Shown here in pieces: positions 1 through 13,519 of a DNA stretch of 64,000 nt. Position 1 is the first letter of the stretch, and every line of letters starts with the position of its first letter. Both the position numbers and the translations under genes were made by a program. The notes under the pieces are model-generated. The model saw only the letters and a list, made by a program, of their open reading frames with translations, made no database searches and had not been told where the DNA came from. The stretch spans positions 798,846 through 862,845 of the forward strand of contig JAKMXF010000099.1 of the NCBI GenBank assembly GCA_024704765.1. Reading direction: 5' to 3'. The DNA comes from Oopsacas minuta (lineage: Eukaryota > Animalia > Porifera).

Positions 1-346
1 TATTAGCCGAACATAAGACAACCTCATTATTTCGAATAAATGACAACATGTAAATTCGAACAAATACTGCGCCCCCGCTTGAAGCTGGCATGTCAAAAGT
101 CTTAAGCCCAAGTCCGGATTAGGCCCCACTTCCGAACAACGATGAAATTTGAAGTAAATTTGTTGATTATCTATCATTTTGTGGAGACTATAGATCCGTC
201 ATATGTGACGCTTGTGGCATATGATTCACCAACAGTAACTTTGATAGGCTCAAAACCCATTGTGTGACCCTCGTACAAGCATTATGAGCCACTACAGATA
301 AGAGATAACTACGGTATAATACGTTTGCCAAATTTGGTTTTGTACA

Positions 347-1960
347 GCATGAACTTCCAAACTACCTGGACAGTCAAATCGTGTCAACTCATATTGATTC
401 TATACCAAGTTAGGCCAGTGTGTTATAATTCATATCACGAAAACCATTAGTTCTATTGTGATTAATATATTATTGTTGGATAAGATGTCAAGTATGGTGA
501 TTTCATTGGTCACATATACCAATATGACGAATAAAATTCACAAAGTTTGCGGTTTTCACATCTTTTGTTACTTCCCAATAAGGATATCTATAAGTAGCGG
601 CAAAATTAATAGTACCTTTAGCCCGAATAAATATGTTAATTGTTTCAACAATTCACATAATCTATCTATAAGGTATAGTATACTCCACTTAATTTGAGCC
701 GCTGGTTAATCGGGTCACTTGGCCAGAAACAAAAACCATGCAAATAGTCTTAATTTTCTAGGGTAAATAGGACAAACACCTTTATTCCGCTTTATCGGGT
801 CAAAATTGCCTAGTCCCGATGTAACCATATTAAGCAGTCTACTGTATTTCCATGTCGAAATGACGTCATCTAGTGGCTTTCTTAGCAAATATCAACAAAA
901 GAGTCCTGAACTAGATTTACATTGCATAATTTATTCGATTGGATCTAAGGCTATTCTCATGATAAAAACAATATCTGTTTGATCATTTTTTCCATGTTCC
1001 AGTTATAGTTGCAACCATGGCTCTCACATTTTTGCAGATATTCGCAAAAAATTTGACAATGTTTGATTTTAAGATCAAATTGTCTGAGAAACAAGTAGTA
1101 TATATAGTAGACCCACACTAATCTGAATCCTCAACATGTACCATAAGGTAATGAGAAATTGGGTACATATTATAATCGGCAATAGTAAGTTTTGGAATAT
1201 CATTGAGGGTTTTCAACTTATAAATGGATATTGACAAATTATTACTATCCATGGTCACTATTATAACTCAAAAACACCAATTTTTAATAAGTTTTACATA
1301 AGCATCTTTACATCATTTCGTACATTATCTTTGAAATCAAAGATGCGATATTTAACGTTCTACATCTCATCCAGATTGGGCCATTTTCTCTAAATACTGC
1401 TTATTAAGTGAAGAAATTGGCACATTTTGAAAATTTTTTGTTTTTTGATTTGTAGACATGATATTCTACAAATTAGTAGTACTTATACATGAGCATAAAA
1501 GTACTATTTGTGCTTTATAAACCATTCTATAAACACTACTATATCACTAGTCCAAAAATTCGAGTTTGATGGTGGGTATTATATAGAAGAGGCTATGGTA
1601 TTATCAAGGTAAGGGAAAGGGTATATACTACATGTTTTCCATACGATTTGATCATAACAATAATGATTGTCAAGTTTTCGGTCAATATCAGAAAAATAAT
1701 ACAATTTTGATATTTTGCATGAAATTAGCCTTAGTTCCCATTGAATAAATTATGCAATCGTAAATGTATTTATTGAATCTTGACAGAGTTTTAGAAATTG
1801 TATAAATAGTCAATTAATAGGGTCATTTTGTTGACATTCTCCAAGTAAGCAATCAATCAGATGATGTCATTTCGACTTGGAAATAGTTTACAGAGATAGA
1901 TTGTGTGTATTGTGGTATAGGGCCAAGTGAGTTGACTGTCCAAGTTTAGAAATCCATGCA
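347..1960. mobile_element. Old diverged foldback/non-autonomous DNA element
   Basis: TATTTCCATGTCGAAATGACGTCATCT (845-871) is the inverse of 1859-1885. Further patchy inverted similarity links about 347-410 with 1905-1960. A small MITE (676-844) sits inside the left arm. Confidence 0.45.
676..844. mobile_element. pogo/Tigger-like MITE
   Basis: Right end CATATTAAGCAGTCTACTG+TA; degenerate left end TA+TAGTATACTCCACTTAAT. Carries the TTAATCGGG motif also seen in the MITE at 53026. Confidence 0.5.
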
Positions 1961-2929
1961 TTAAGATATATCATATTTCTCCAAATAGTCTACTGTGAAT
2001 ATTTGTTCAACAGATTCTAAAAAACATGAGCTTATAGATTGTGAGGGGGTCACACCGATACATTGAGATTAGGGACCCCACTTCTTTTATTTAATCCGGC
2101 GATGGACTGATACCGATAACCCTAGATAGGATAAATGTATTCAATTTCACGCATTGACGAATAAGAAACTTGAAATATAATTGAATTTTACATTCCAATT
2201 ATCAGACAATTGAGTAAGTCAATCGTAAAGAGAACTTGTGAAATCATTTTACACATTCGTCATTACATCATCACGTAATCATCATGATGGCCATGGATCC
2301 TGCCATTTTTAGTCTTGAATATTAATTACCACATTCAGATACCATCGAGAGTGAAAGTATAATGAAATTGTCAAATAATAGATTTTTAGTGAACCCTCTA
2401 CCTCACCTAAAAATCTTCCAAGAATTGGCTTGAATTCTTAGAAAATTCCAAGAACTTGACGTAGAATTTTGGTGAATACGAACACTTAATTGTCCTAAGA
2501 TTTAATATAAGAATTGATTAATTCTTAGAAAAATTCTTATAATTAGGATTCAGAATTTTTGTGAATAAGGCTCATTGTATTTCATCATTTTAAATTGACC
2601 CAAACCATATTATTCCAACATTGAAAAATATTTTAAGGCAATTATTGGCATAAAATCAAATATACGCAAATGAAGAAATATACACATTCTCGTGATTTGT
2701 TCAATGTATCCATCTAAAGATTGTAGGAACAAACAATTTAGTTAGCAGGATTCTTACTCCGGATTTCTCTTGGTTATTGATGACTATCAAGAAATGCTCC
2801 ATTAGTTATCTTAACAATATACTCTGTTCGCCGATATTATCTAAGGCAAACTATATTCTGCTCTTGGTATCATTCTCATATTTGAAAGCATCCAGATTTT
2901 TGATATTAATAACATAAATAATAACAATT

Positions 2930-5900
2930 TCAGTAAATTTTCACAGGTTTCGATGATTGGGAGAAACGAGCTTTATTTCCTGTTCGACACTTAACCTTTA
3001 GTTTCAATCCACTTGGGCAAATAGGAACAATCTTTGTATCTGCTTTGTTAAAATCATTTCTCCGTTTAACTACGATGTTTTCATGCTCTTTCAATAAAGA
3101 TTCTTTAAATGAAGAAGCAAAATTGCACCATAATTCGAAGAAGTTAAAAGTGTCAGTATCACTCCAGACATCCTTAACCTCACCATAAAAATAATATATG
3201 AGTTCTTGATATGCTTTTTCGCCCACTTTCCATATTTCGATCTCATTTGCAATTTTTCGCTCCGCAAATAGAAAAAATTTCTCAACAAATTCTACAAATT
3301 TGTTTGGGCTCACTTGGTTATTATCTTCTAAAAAATGGCGAGTATTCTCTCGAACCTTTGTGAGTTGTTTTCCTAAGTTATTGAGTGCTTCATATAACTC
3401 TTTTAAAGTGATTTTAGAAGCAATAAATAAATCCCCTGTATCAGGAAAGGGCAAGATATTTATGATGGAGCCTTGTAAAATATTATGTTCGAATGTTTGA
3501 AGATAGCATCGAGAAACAAAATCCAGGAAGGTACAAGAATTATCACCCGCCTTAGTTTCCTTTAATCGAGGCAATAACTCTAAATTAAACCCTACAGCTT
3601 CACTGAAAGAATCATAAGTTTGGTTCATATAATTTCCAAGAACCAGAATTATTGATAACAAAGTTCTCAACTCATGGCTATTTTTAAGCTTTGAACAACA
3701 GCTATTAATAGTATTTAAGTTTCTGTGAATATGTTGAATGTCCTCTTCAAAGTTTTGCATATATAGAATATGTTGAAATCGCATATTAACATGAGGAATA
3801 TCACGAAAGAACTTAATTGTTTTACTCTCATTCGACAATTCAACATTTGGAAATTGAGAAAGGTGAGTGTCCACTAAACTAATCCATTCATCAGTTACCA
3901 ATTTACACAAACTCTCTAATATTGATGTTGTTATATTCGATGTCTTAATATCCCAGAATATAGCATTTCGGCGATGTCCTCAAGGTGAATATCCACACTT
4001 TGTATATTCTTAAAAATTACCCCAACTTGTCTAGATATGTTGGGAGGCAAGATTTCCTCCACTGTAGTAGAATGACTTTTAAGATTAGTCATAGATTTAA
4101 AATTCTTCCGACTCTTGTGTTTGGAAAAAAGTTCCTCAAATAAAGTTAATTCAATTGATTTAATTTTTGGCTTCGGTAGACTCCTCCAAATTATCTCAAA
4201 TTTATTCTTTCGTCCAGGGAGACATAAACGTTTCCAATGGAGGGGCTTCATCATAGTTTGCTTTTTATTAAGTTTCAGTGTTTGAAACATGCAAGTTGAT
4301 AATTCTGTATGATTCATAAAGGTTTTGCTCAGATCCTGTAAATCAGGAAGGTTCGGAGGAGGAGGTGGGATAGACTTTAACATAACTTCTGGCAGATCCG
4401 GTGGGGGAGGAGGACAAATTAAGGTGAAATATTTTGAAGATGAAAAGTTCCCTATAGAATCTTCGTGATTATCAACCAAATTGTGATTACTTTCACTTTT
4501 CGAGAATTCTCCAACGGTATCTTTAGGACTGACATTGAACTGTGAATTTAGAACGGACAACCTAGTAGGTAATGAAATAACTCTATGTACCTTCGGATGA
4601 TGACAGATTTCTTGTTGCAGACTAGATGTACAAGTTGTACGGTTCTCAAATGTCATAATATTGACTTTTTTAAGCAAATCATTATTTGTTTCAAGTAATG
4701 CGCTTAAGCGAGACTTGTAGTCATTGATTACATGCTGTATCTCTTTTCGCTCAAGTGCATGTCTTTGAGCAATAGAATGTGAGGTCTTCTCAAATATGTG
4801 TGAAGAAATTAAATATGCAGCAGTTACTGCATCTTTCACGTCTATTGTATGTTTAATCCAATTTTGAAGATCATTTCTGGCGAAAGAAAGTGGGGTATTA
4901 TCATTCAAACTCAAAAAATTGTTAGGATCAGATAATTGAGAGTATTCTATATGAGAATTGTACAAATTAACTGAATTACTAATGAGAGATTTATCTGTAA
5001 CGAAATTTGTCAACGATTCTGTATTAGAGTTATCAATATTAGGATCAACAGTGATTTCCGGAAGAATTGATATTGGAATGACAGGATCAAGGTAATTGGA
5101 AGGCTGGCATTTACTATTTGGAATATCTGTAATAAATAAATTCGGAGTATTATCATTATTCCCGAGTGGCAAATTGGCTTTGAATGTGGGCAAGGACTCG
5201 TTGACATTTGTTTTAATATTTTTCCGATGTTCCAATTTAGTAGCTTGTGTAGAGATATTTTGGGATGAAGTAGAATTAATATTTATTGTATTTTGATCGT
5301 TTGTTAAATTATTTCGTTTAAGTATATTTTCTTGCTTACTCAGAGTTTTATGAGAACTACGAGTAGAACATTTAGCTCCGTCAAAAGCGTCAATATCTAA
5401 ACAATCACTAACTGAATTATCAATTCCACAATCTCTTGGGTTATCTATTTCATTCAAATGTTGCACCTGAGCTTTCGTTTGCTTATAGTGACAATCTAAG
5501 TTATTCGTCTTACAGCCTTTTAGTGCAGCATTAATATGAACATCTGATGAGAGTTGTGAAAAGTCCATTTTTTCTGGAACGAAAATCCTTGTTTGACTTT
5601 TAGTACGGTTAGATGAGACAATTGGATTGGGACTGTGCAATCTTTTAATACCGATTGTAGATTTTGAGATACTTGTAGCATTTATTGAATCCATAATAGT
5701 ATTCACGTTTAGAGCGCTTCCCCTGATTTTATCATTTGGTAAAGAAATATCACTGATATTATTAACTGTTTTAACATTTTGATGAGTTTGAAAAGGAAAT
5801 CCATCCTTAGCCGATGCTTCATTAAGCGATGAATTCGTTTTTAGCTTTATTTGATGAAAAGATCGTATTGTAGAAGAGCCTTGTAAATGTTCCGATCTAG

Positions 5901-6693
5901 AAGGAACTGGATATCTAGTTTGACGATTAGATAGTGGTTTATAAATATTTTTAGCTTTCTTATTTGTAAAAGAAAAGTTTTCAGATTTCTCAAGTTGGCT
6001 GGAAACAGGATTGATACTGATATTGGATTGAACTTTCTCAATTGGAAATATTCTAGGATTGGTTTGGGTATGAATATCGGGGTGAGGACTATCATTAAGA
6101 TTAATTCTTGACGTTGAGGTATTTCTAAACTGAACATTTGTTTTAGGTTTCTCTGAAAATATACCAGATGCTTCTTTTGGCTTGCATATGAGATCAGTTT
6201 TATGAATAGAATCTTCCCGAATATTAAATGTAGAGCTATTAAATACAGAAGGTAAAGGAATAGTCTTACCAATAGAATTATTCATATCAGGTGTATCTGT
6301 ATATTTTGTTGAAGAACGCAAATTTGATTGACAAGAAGTCGCCACATAAAATGTAGCTTTATCTGTTTCTATGCATGGTTGCAGGGATTTAGATTTATTA
6401 TTAGAATTGATGCCTCCAGGTGAAACACAATCAACAGTGACCTTGGCATGTGAAAGTTGTATCACATTGGTATCATTAGGTCGAATTTCTGTTTCAAATG
6501 AATTACCATTCTCATTGTTCTCCATATATTGATTTTGAAACAATCTAGCACGAACTGTATCTTTTGAATTCGAGTTAGATTCATGAATAGCAGGTTTAGA
6601 GATATTTTTCTCTTCAAAACGTTGTATTCGTTGAAAAACCGGTAGTGAATCATTAAATTTCGTTGAACTCCGAATTTCAAATCTTCGATTCAT
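2930..6693 (-). CDS. Formin, FMN1/2-cappuccino type, with one frameshift near 3950
   Basis: Long S/N-rich N-terminus, coiled coil (QRHALERKEIQHVINDYKSRL), short FH1 (CPPPPPDLP..IPPPPPNLP). FH2 motifs MKPLHW, LVLGNYMN, LLPRLKETK and FMN-like PFPDTGDLFIASKITL. C-terminal SGLKLKV resembles the FSI tail. ATG at 6693 directly follows an acceptor TTATTTACAG. ORFs 3931-6720 and 2930-3910 join by a -1 shift. Confidence 0.85.
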
Positions 6694-8199
6694 CTGTAAA
6701 TAACAAAGAAATAAGTACAAGTAATTCAGTTCGCAGAATATTAAGACTCCCTACTATGAACAATATTTTTGGTACCATAGTGCTCAATCCGATTCGGAAT
6801 TAGCGAACCTGACTGTATTCTCAAAAATTGTAAAGCCTAGAGTGGGAGTTAGAGTTCGAACCAGGGCGTCCGAGTTGGGTTGAGAATCCATCCCAACACG
6901 AAACCGATACGCAATCAAACTCTAAGGTCTGACGATATACAGTCAATAATGGTATACCCTTATGAATGTCTAATCTCAGGCTGGGTGAGCAGTTGCTTAA
7001 CATCTATAACTTGGCCAAATACCGTGATTTTCATCATACAGATATATTATGCATATTTAGTAATGGTTTCTTACGAAAACAGAAGATGAAATCATGTATC
7101 TGTTAGAAATATGTGACAATAGAAAGAAAGTTAGGAAACGGAGGGGCACGATCTAGCAAAATGGTGTGAAATGCCATTTAGAGGGCGGATATGTGTAAAC
7201 TAGACAATCACCCAACGGGCATCAAATATGGGGTGAGAGGCTGAGGTAAGGTCTAGGGTGATCATTGTCAATATTTTTGCAAAAATTTTGAAAATGTTCA
7301 AGTTGTGATTGGTCCAATTTGTGTCGAGTTTATACTACAAAATTTGTAGATTGTCTATGTTTAGAATTTGGCTAGTTATTTTCTCCCGTTGAGGCCCCCA
7401 CCTTTAGATAACTATATTTTGTAGTATCTTTGCTAATGTAGTTAATTAAGGACTGTTCGGAGAAAGTTGACGAGAAAAATAGGATTTTGTCGATAAATTT
7501 ATACTGCATTCAGTTTACTCATAAAATTTCCCAGTGGGAAATATCGCAAAAATAGTTTGTTGTTACTCTATTGAGCACTATACTAAGATTGAGATATCTA
7601 GTATTCATAATTCCTATCATCTTTTCTATTTAAAGTCACCTCCGGACTAGATGGAAAAACTTAGTTGCAAAAGGAAAACTAAGTCAATACTAAAATATAC
7701 AAAAGTTTTCCTTTGTGAATTACCAAATTAGTTCTTTGTAATTAAATATTTCAAGAAATTAAGGAAAACTTAATTTGAATTAGTTTCTGTTAACAACTAA
7801 GTAAATACAAGTATTTGCGTAGTTTGGCAATACTTATGTATAGGTAGTAAATGAAGTCAGTAAATGGTTGAAATCTTAAGGACTGGGAATGTAGCATATA
7901 TAAAAGTTCCTTCAGAAATCATACTTTTAGGAATGAGTAGTATTTGTTTGCCTCTAGGTGTTGTCTTCCAATTTAATGAATATTTATAGCAGAGCGAATT
8001 TTACTATTACTTTATTGGACATTTTTAATAAAGCAATAGCAAAATATATGTTATGGATCTAAACCATGGTCCAAATGCCAAATAAACGTATTAATTAACT
8101 GTATGTATCGGATTCCAAAATTTTTGGTCAAACAATATATATATTCACTAAATATGGTTGTAGTTTATTGTTAATGATGCTTCACGCTAAATGTACCTA

Positions 8200-9530
8200 C
8201 AGTCTGTTACATAATTATTCTGAATTTTAATATACTTTGAAAATATACCATAACTTACTAGAATCATTGTGTATTTGAAAGTGAATACATATTTCGAATT
8301 GTAAAATAGTACATACGTAATTCGATTATTTTATTTTGTTCAATTAATCAACTTCTCGAACATTTCTCTTCTGTAATATTTGTTGTGGCGTCATTTCCGT
8401 ATTATTCGTAAGTTTACCATTTATCTTCTCTTGTCTTAAGTATTAGCTATTTCAGTTGGCTCAATTGCATAAGAGAAATATTATCAAGTTATTACTAGAA
8501 GCTAACAACCATACCTCAAAAGAAATTGCTCATGTAAGCTTGTCTACTGTATATTATGTAAGGTCAAACTAGCAAAAGGAATTGATATCTCTCATCAAAA
8601 GGAGCTGGAAGGCCATGCTCATTGAGAAATAGGATTAAACAGTCGATTAGCCAACAAATAAGACAAAAACCATATTATCACTAAGAACATTGGCAAGTAG
8701 AGCTCCTATACCTGTATCCTACCAGACTGTACGCCGAGCCTTAGTCGATTCCAAATATTCTAAGAAATATCCCACAAAAATACCTATGCTGAGTGAAACA
8801 AATCGATTGTATCGTGCCCAATGGGCAAAGAAGTTTAAATACACCAAAAAACAATGGGCCAAGACTGTTTTGCTGATGAAATGTTGATTTGGCCGTCCAG
8901 GGGTCGAATGAAGATGTGGACAAAATTCGATCAGAAAAGATTTGTCCCCACCACTAAACATACTCCAAAAATAAATGTTTGGGCACCACTAAACATACTC
9001 CAAAAATAAAAGTTGTAATAACTGTCCATATTACAACTAATATGGACAGTTCATTATTCCTATACATACTTCAAGGTCATCTCCTAACTCGGGCTGAAAT
9101 TTCCATGGAGATGATTGGCAACTCATAATGGATAATGATCCTAAGCATACAGCGACAAGGGTTAAGAATTTGTTGAGTACTAATTTACCAAAAGTACTTC
9201 CGTGGCCATCACAAAGCCCCGATCTCAATCCTATTGAAAATCTGTTCGCGTGGGTTAAGCATGAATAAACTAAACAAGGCCCAAAGACAATTTCAGAGCT
9301 GAAGAAAATGCTGGAAATTACCTGAAGCAGGGTAGATTCTAATTTTCTAGAGCCATATTGGTTTTCAATGCCACGTAGGTGTCAAATGGTCATTGACTCA
9401 AGAGGCCTACCAATTAAATATTGATTATACACCTCTTGAGAAAATTTTAGTCAATTTTAGTATTGTGTAAGAGTAAATCCGATCGTATGATAAACTAATC
9501 CTTGATTCCAAATAATTATGTAACAGACTG
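8200..9530 (+). mobile_element. Tc1-family transposon (DD34E), defective
   Basis: Perfect TIR CAGTCTGTTACATAATTATT with TA on both sides. Motifs GRP, VFADE and DNDPKHT..WPSQSPDLNPIE with 34 residues between D and E. Stops, frameshifts and an internal duplication (about 8949-9008). Confidence 0.93.
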
Positions 9531-9995
9531 TATGTTCTACAATTCAACTTCCACATCAATTTTCACAGTACATATTTGTTAATTTTTACGACTTTATTTG
9601 TTATTCGTTCATAAACTCTACTAGATGCTGAAACTCAATCATTTCGCTCCCTTTTTGAAATCGGTGACTTAGAAGGCATTGTTTTAATGTATATTTTATG
9701 ATATATTTCTTATAATCTCTAAAACATTTATGACAAACTTAGCGATTCAAAATTATGTACAGTCAACTCCGCTTAATAACATTATCTAGACATCCAGGTA
9801 ACCACGAAAGGTGAGAGTACGTCTACCAGGCAAGCTAAATTAGAGTTATTCTAACATAGCCTCCAGAGAATTAGATTGTAAATTCTCCTTCATTGACCAT
9901 TTTATATTTATACTAACCAACATATAGTTACTGCAAAATTATACTTGCTACCTTAGTCTAACCACGTTTTGACAGGCTAGTCCAACCATAGCCGA

Positions 9996-10270
9996 GATTA
10001 ATCTACTCGCATCTCAGTCCTCGATCTTTATCATTCTCCAAACTTATTTGTAGTAATTACAGATTGGGTGGTCCCCTGACTCGAAATGGTAAATAATGAA
10101 TAATTCGAGACGTATATAAGTATATATCATAATGTGTGTATATTTAAATACGAAACGATTAATCTACTAGAAGTTGTCGGCCTGTATTATTCTCCAAACA
10201 TCTTCTTTATAGTAATTACACTTTGGATGGTCCCTTGACTCGAACCGATAGATAATGAATAATTCGAGGT
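9996..10270. repeat. Diverged two-copy tandem repeat, about 160 bp period
   Basis: GATTAATCTACT...GTAATTACA..TGG.TGGTCCC.TGACTCGAA...ATAATGAATAATTCGAG at 9996-10110 and 10157-10270. Confidence 0.7.
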
Positions 10271-10813
10271 GTGTTTAACCATTAGTAGCTGAAAGTCGCC
10301 CTTCTTGCGCAGCTTCTGCTAACTCCTGCGAAACGCTTTTTCTAGGTGTCTTCGGCCCCTTTACAAATTTATCATTGAATAGTAGAAGTAAGCGCGGGCG
10401 TTGGACCTATGCGGATTGCGAACATTTCGTGCTGTTGATCTTCTGGTATTACTTGCAATTTTATGTATCTTCTGTTGATACGTTTAGATATTAAGACCTC
10501 ATATATGACATGTATACTCGTAGTGAGATCTAGTTATTATCTGGTAATCAGTAAATTATGCAAGGGATAACGTTAAGCGTGGTTAGTAGTAATAGTGACC
10601 GAAATAGTTTTCCGCTGAATGTTATGGTCAGTTATTCTACCAACCGAATGATTAAAAAAGATTCAATACAGTTAAACTGCTAATATTTAGGAAATAATGT
10701 AGCCTCAAACAACATTCGGAACAACTATTCGATTTCTGTTGAATACCAATATTCGGAAATATTCAGTTTGTCGATCACTAGTTGGTAGATTTAAAAGTTA
10801 ATGACCCGATCTT

Positions 10814-12350
10814 TCAAGAACACGTATCACAATATAAAGATGCTTTAGACACGGTATTAATGTCCACGTTAGCACAATAACAATGAACCCATTCAGAGCA
10901 GTTGTCACATTATATCCAATCGGATTGATTCTTTCTAAGTTTCCTCTTTGTCACAGGTTCTGGTTCTATCTTGTGGTATATACTACACAGGGTATCCGAC
11001 TCGTCAGAGCTGCTGGCTGAGCTAGAAGACCAAGTGGGAACAGGAGAAACGCCACGCTCTCTCGCACTTGTCTTCACTCCAGTAACTCCTCTACCTGTTA
11101 TACTGATCTGCCCCGAATCCGGACACATTTCCTCCTTGGGGAATTCTCAGCCCAAACTGCCTCCCTTTATACCTTCTTCCACCTTCTACTTTCAACAGGG
11201 CACCCTCTCTTTGTTGCATGAATAGTCTCGCTCTTCTTCTTCGTCTTTGATAATTCGACTTCTTCTGAGCTAATCGAGGATAATCTGACCAGTATTCTCG
11301 TTTAAGAATTGCACTATAAATCTGCCAAGAGGGAGACAGGCCAAGGTCAGTCAGGATTCTGAATAGTGAAAGTCCAACGTCGTTAAAGGTTAGGACAGCT
11401 ATAGCAATACTAACCCTAAATAGATTGTGGTGGTAAGTACTTGTATTTGGGACAGAGACTCCATATTGTTTTATAGAAGGATTCGTTATCATTTTGAGTC
11501 AGTCTTAATGTCAGATGGTTACGGGATTCTTCTGTCGCATAAGTATTGAATACTTCTTCCACCATTCTATGTCAATTGGTTTGAAGATTGTCAGAGCAGT
11601 ATGTGCTGAAGAACCTGATAGGTTTCTCCACCAACACCATGATTTCTCCAGTAGGACAGCCAGAATGGTCCCCTACCACATTATCAACCAGTATATGTAG
11701 AGCAGAACACAGCTTGATTGATGCTAAACCACGGTGTTGCTAGATGACAGTAGAGTAATTTGGTCTTCCAAGAGCTATCGAAGCTGACGGTTACTTTGGT
11801 AGCGTTAAACCAGGTGCTACTTCACTCTGATCTTTGGGGTAACTGTTTAGCGGCATCATATATGGCAGTCCCTTTCGGACGGTTTAGATATGGAGATGCC
11901 TTGCTCTGAACTGGTGGGGCATATCAAATATTGTAGATAGTTTGTGAAAATTACGTTACGAAATAGCAGTAAAGTGTACAGCCATAGTACTCTACTGGTA
12001 TTTATGAATCCATGAATCCATATTTCTTCGTAAAGGGAAAGACTCTCAACAGATTCGCTCCAATAAATGTTAGAGAATACCTCTGCTAGGATGCCTAAAT
12101 CAAGAATTCCCATGCCAGTTGGTCTGTGAATTTCTCTCTTCTCATGAACCTGAAGGTAGTAACACAGGTTTGGAATGCGAAATTTTGCAACGTAGCCTCC
12201 GCGTGTGAGTACCTTTAGGTATTGCGATTCTTTGCCCTATGAGGTTTCGGGCAAAGCGGTATTATCAGGTCTTGCACATCAGTAAAAGATGGTGTTTAAG
12301 TTGTATACATATTTCCATAGAAGCGACGCTTTCAAGGGTGTCTCATGCAT
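10814..12350 (-). pseudogene. Kolobok-type DDE transposase remnant with downstream PHD finger
   Basis: Minus-strand motifs MGILDLGILAEVF, H-SG-CP-TGE-SWC, TQNDNESFYKTIWSLCPK, IAIAVLTFNDVG and EGGRRYKGRQF. These are followed by CSI(Y)H...WI*CDNCSEWVHCYC...YCDTC. Many stops and frameshifts; termini not resolved. Confidence 0.8.
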
Positions 12351-12537
12351 TTATCAACTCGAAGACACTCTTGTTCTTGAGATGTTGTAGGAGACAATCC
12401 AAGTGAGGTGAATGCTTGGGAAATCCCTGGATAAGTGTTGACTACGAGCTGTCTGAGATGTAGATACAGATTGAGGAGGACATAAAGGCAAGGTAGGTTC
12501 CAGGGGAGGTACAGGAGGTGATGAAATATAGGAGATA

Positions 12538-12842
12538 CAGTCGAACCTCCGAGATTCGAACCTTCAAGATAGGGGCAACTCCTTCAACCGGGCACCTGTA
12601 TTTTATATCAGTCTAAAAGAATTTCACCATTTCATATAATTCCCCTCATACTAACTTTGACTTCAGTTACTATATTTTATATTGGATTACTTTTGTATAC
12701 AGTATATAAATAAATAACAGAATTCGAATACCTAAGGGAACTCATATGTACATTATGGGTTGTAACTACCATAGAGTTAATGTTATTTCCGAGATCCGGG
12801 CACCCTCTGGTCCCACACTGCCAGGATCTCGGAGGTTTACTG
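12538..12842. mobile_element. pogo/Tigger-like MITE
   Basis: TA+CAGTCGAACCTCCGAGAT ... ATCTCGGAGGTTTACTG+TA; 305 bp, non-coding. Confidence 0.85.
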
Positions 12843-13519
12843 TATCCTGAAACTGAAAATTGTGATGAGTCTGAGAATTCACTCTGCATTTTGAGGACAT
12901 GGCTTCATAACTCGAACTTGATTCATTTGACGTCATCTGAGACAGTGCAAATTATATAAATTGATATGTCATAAGGTCCCTCAATAGTATACGAGCCCCA
13001 AACCGAACCGTCATGACCCCCCTAGCGCATCATAGCTACACGCTTCTGAATGTTCGGATTGGCGCAGAGCCGGCAAGACTAGACACAAAGAATGAGGTGA
13101 AGTTGGCTCCGAAACAAATCGAGCACATAATAGTGAACATCTTATCAAAAAGTACGATGAGCAACCACCGACCTCCAAGCATATAGAGTAGCTATAGGTA
13201 TTCGCTACTTCGGTGTTGGTGCTGGTGTTTGGTAATTAGCAACCCTGCAGAGCGTTCGTTAATGCGCTAACAGCTCACCGTATAAGAATAAAATTAGTAA
13301 TCACGATATATACTTCCGAAAACACGAGAAATACTACTAGTGGGTGTATAAGAATGAGTCAATTTGGCAAATACGCCTATATTAGAAATTGCAATTACAT
13401 GTAAATGTACATTATGTAATTATCGTGTTTATCAAGGAGGTAATATAACTCAATAAACCTCCAACAAATATATCTAACATGCTGAAGCCGATTTTCACAC
13501 TTTGATTAATCACATGTAA

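Noticed and set aside
178-240. PHD-finger remnant (CGDY..ICDACGI*F)
   Set aside because: Only half of the ligands are present, with stops, and it lies next to a non-coding foldback; may be chance.
836-1996. 10-bp direct repeat AGTCTACTGT as a TSD
   Set aside because: The left copy is part of a MITE terminus and no matching element ends lie inside the pair.
3931-3980. Programmed -1 ribosomal frameshift in the formin
   Set aside because: No X XXY YYZ slippery site in the overlap; a consensus error is more parsimonious.
6841-6900. tRNA or tRNA-derived SINE (minus-strand GGTTCGAAC B-box)
   Set aside because: Only a B-box-like motif; too short for a cloverleaf, no clear A-box and no second copy in the window.
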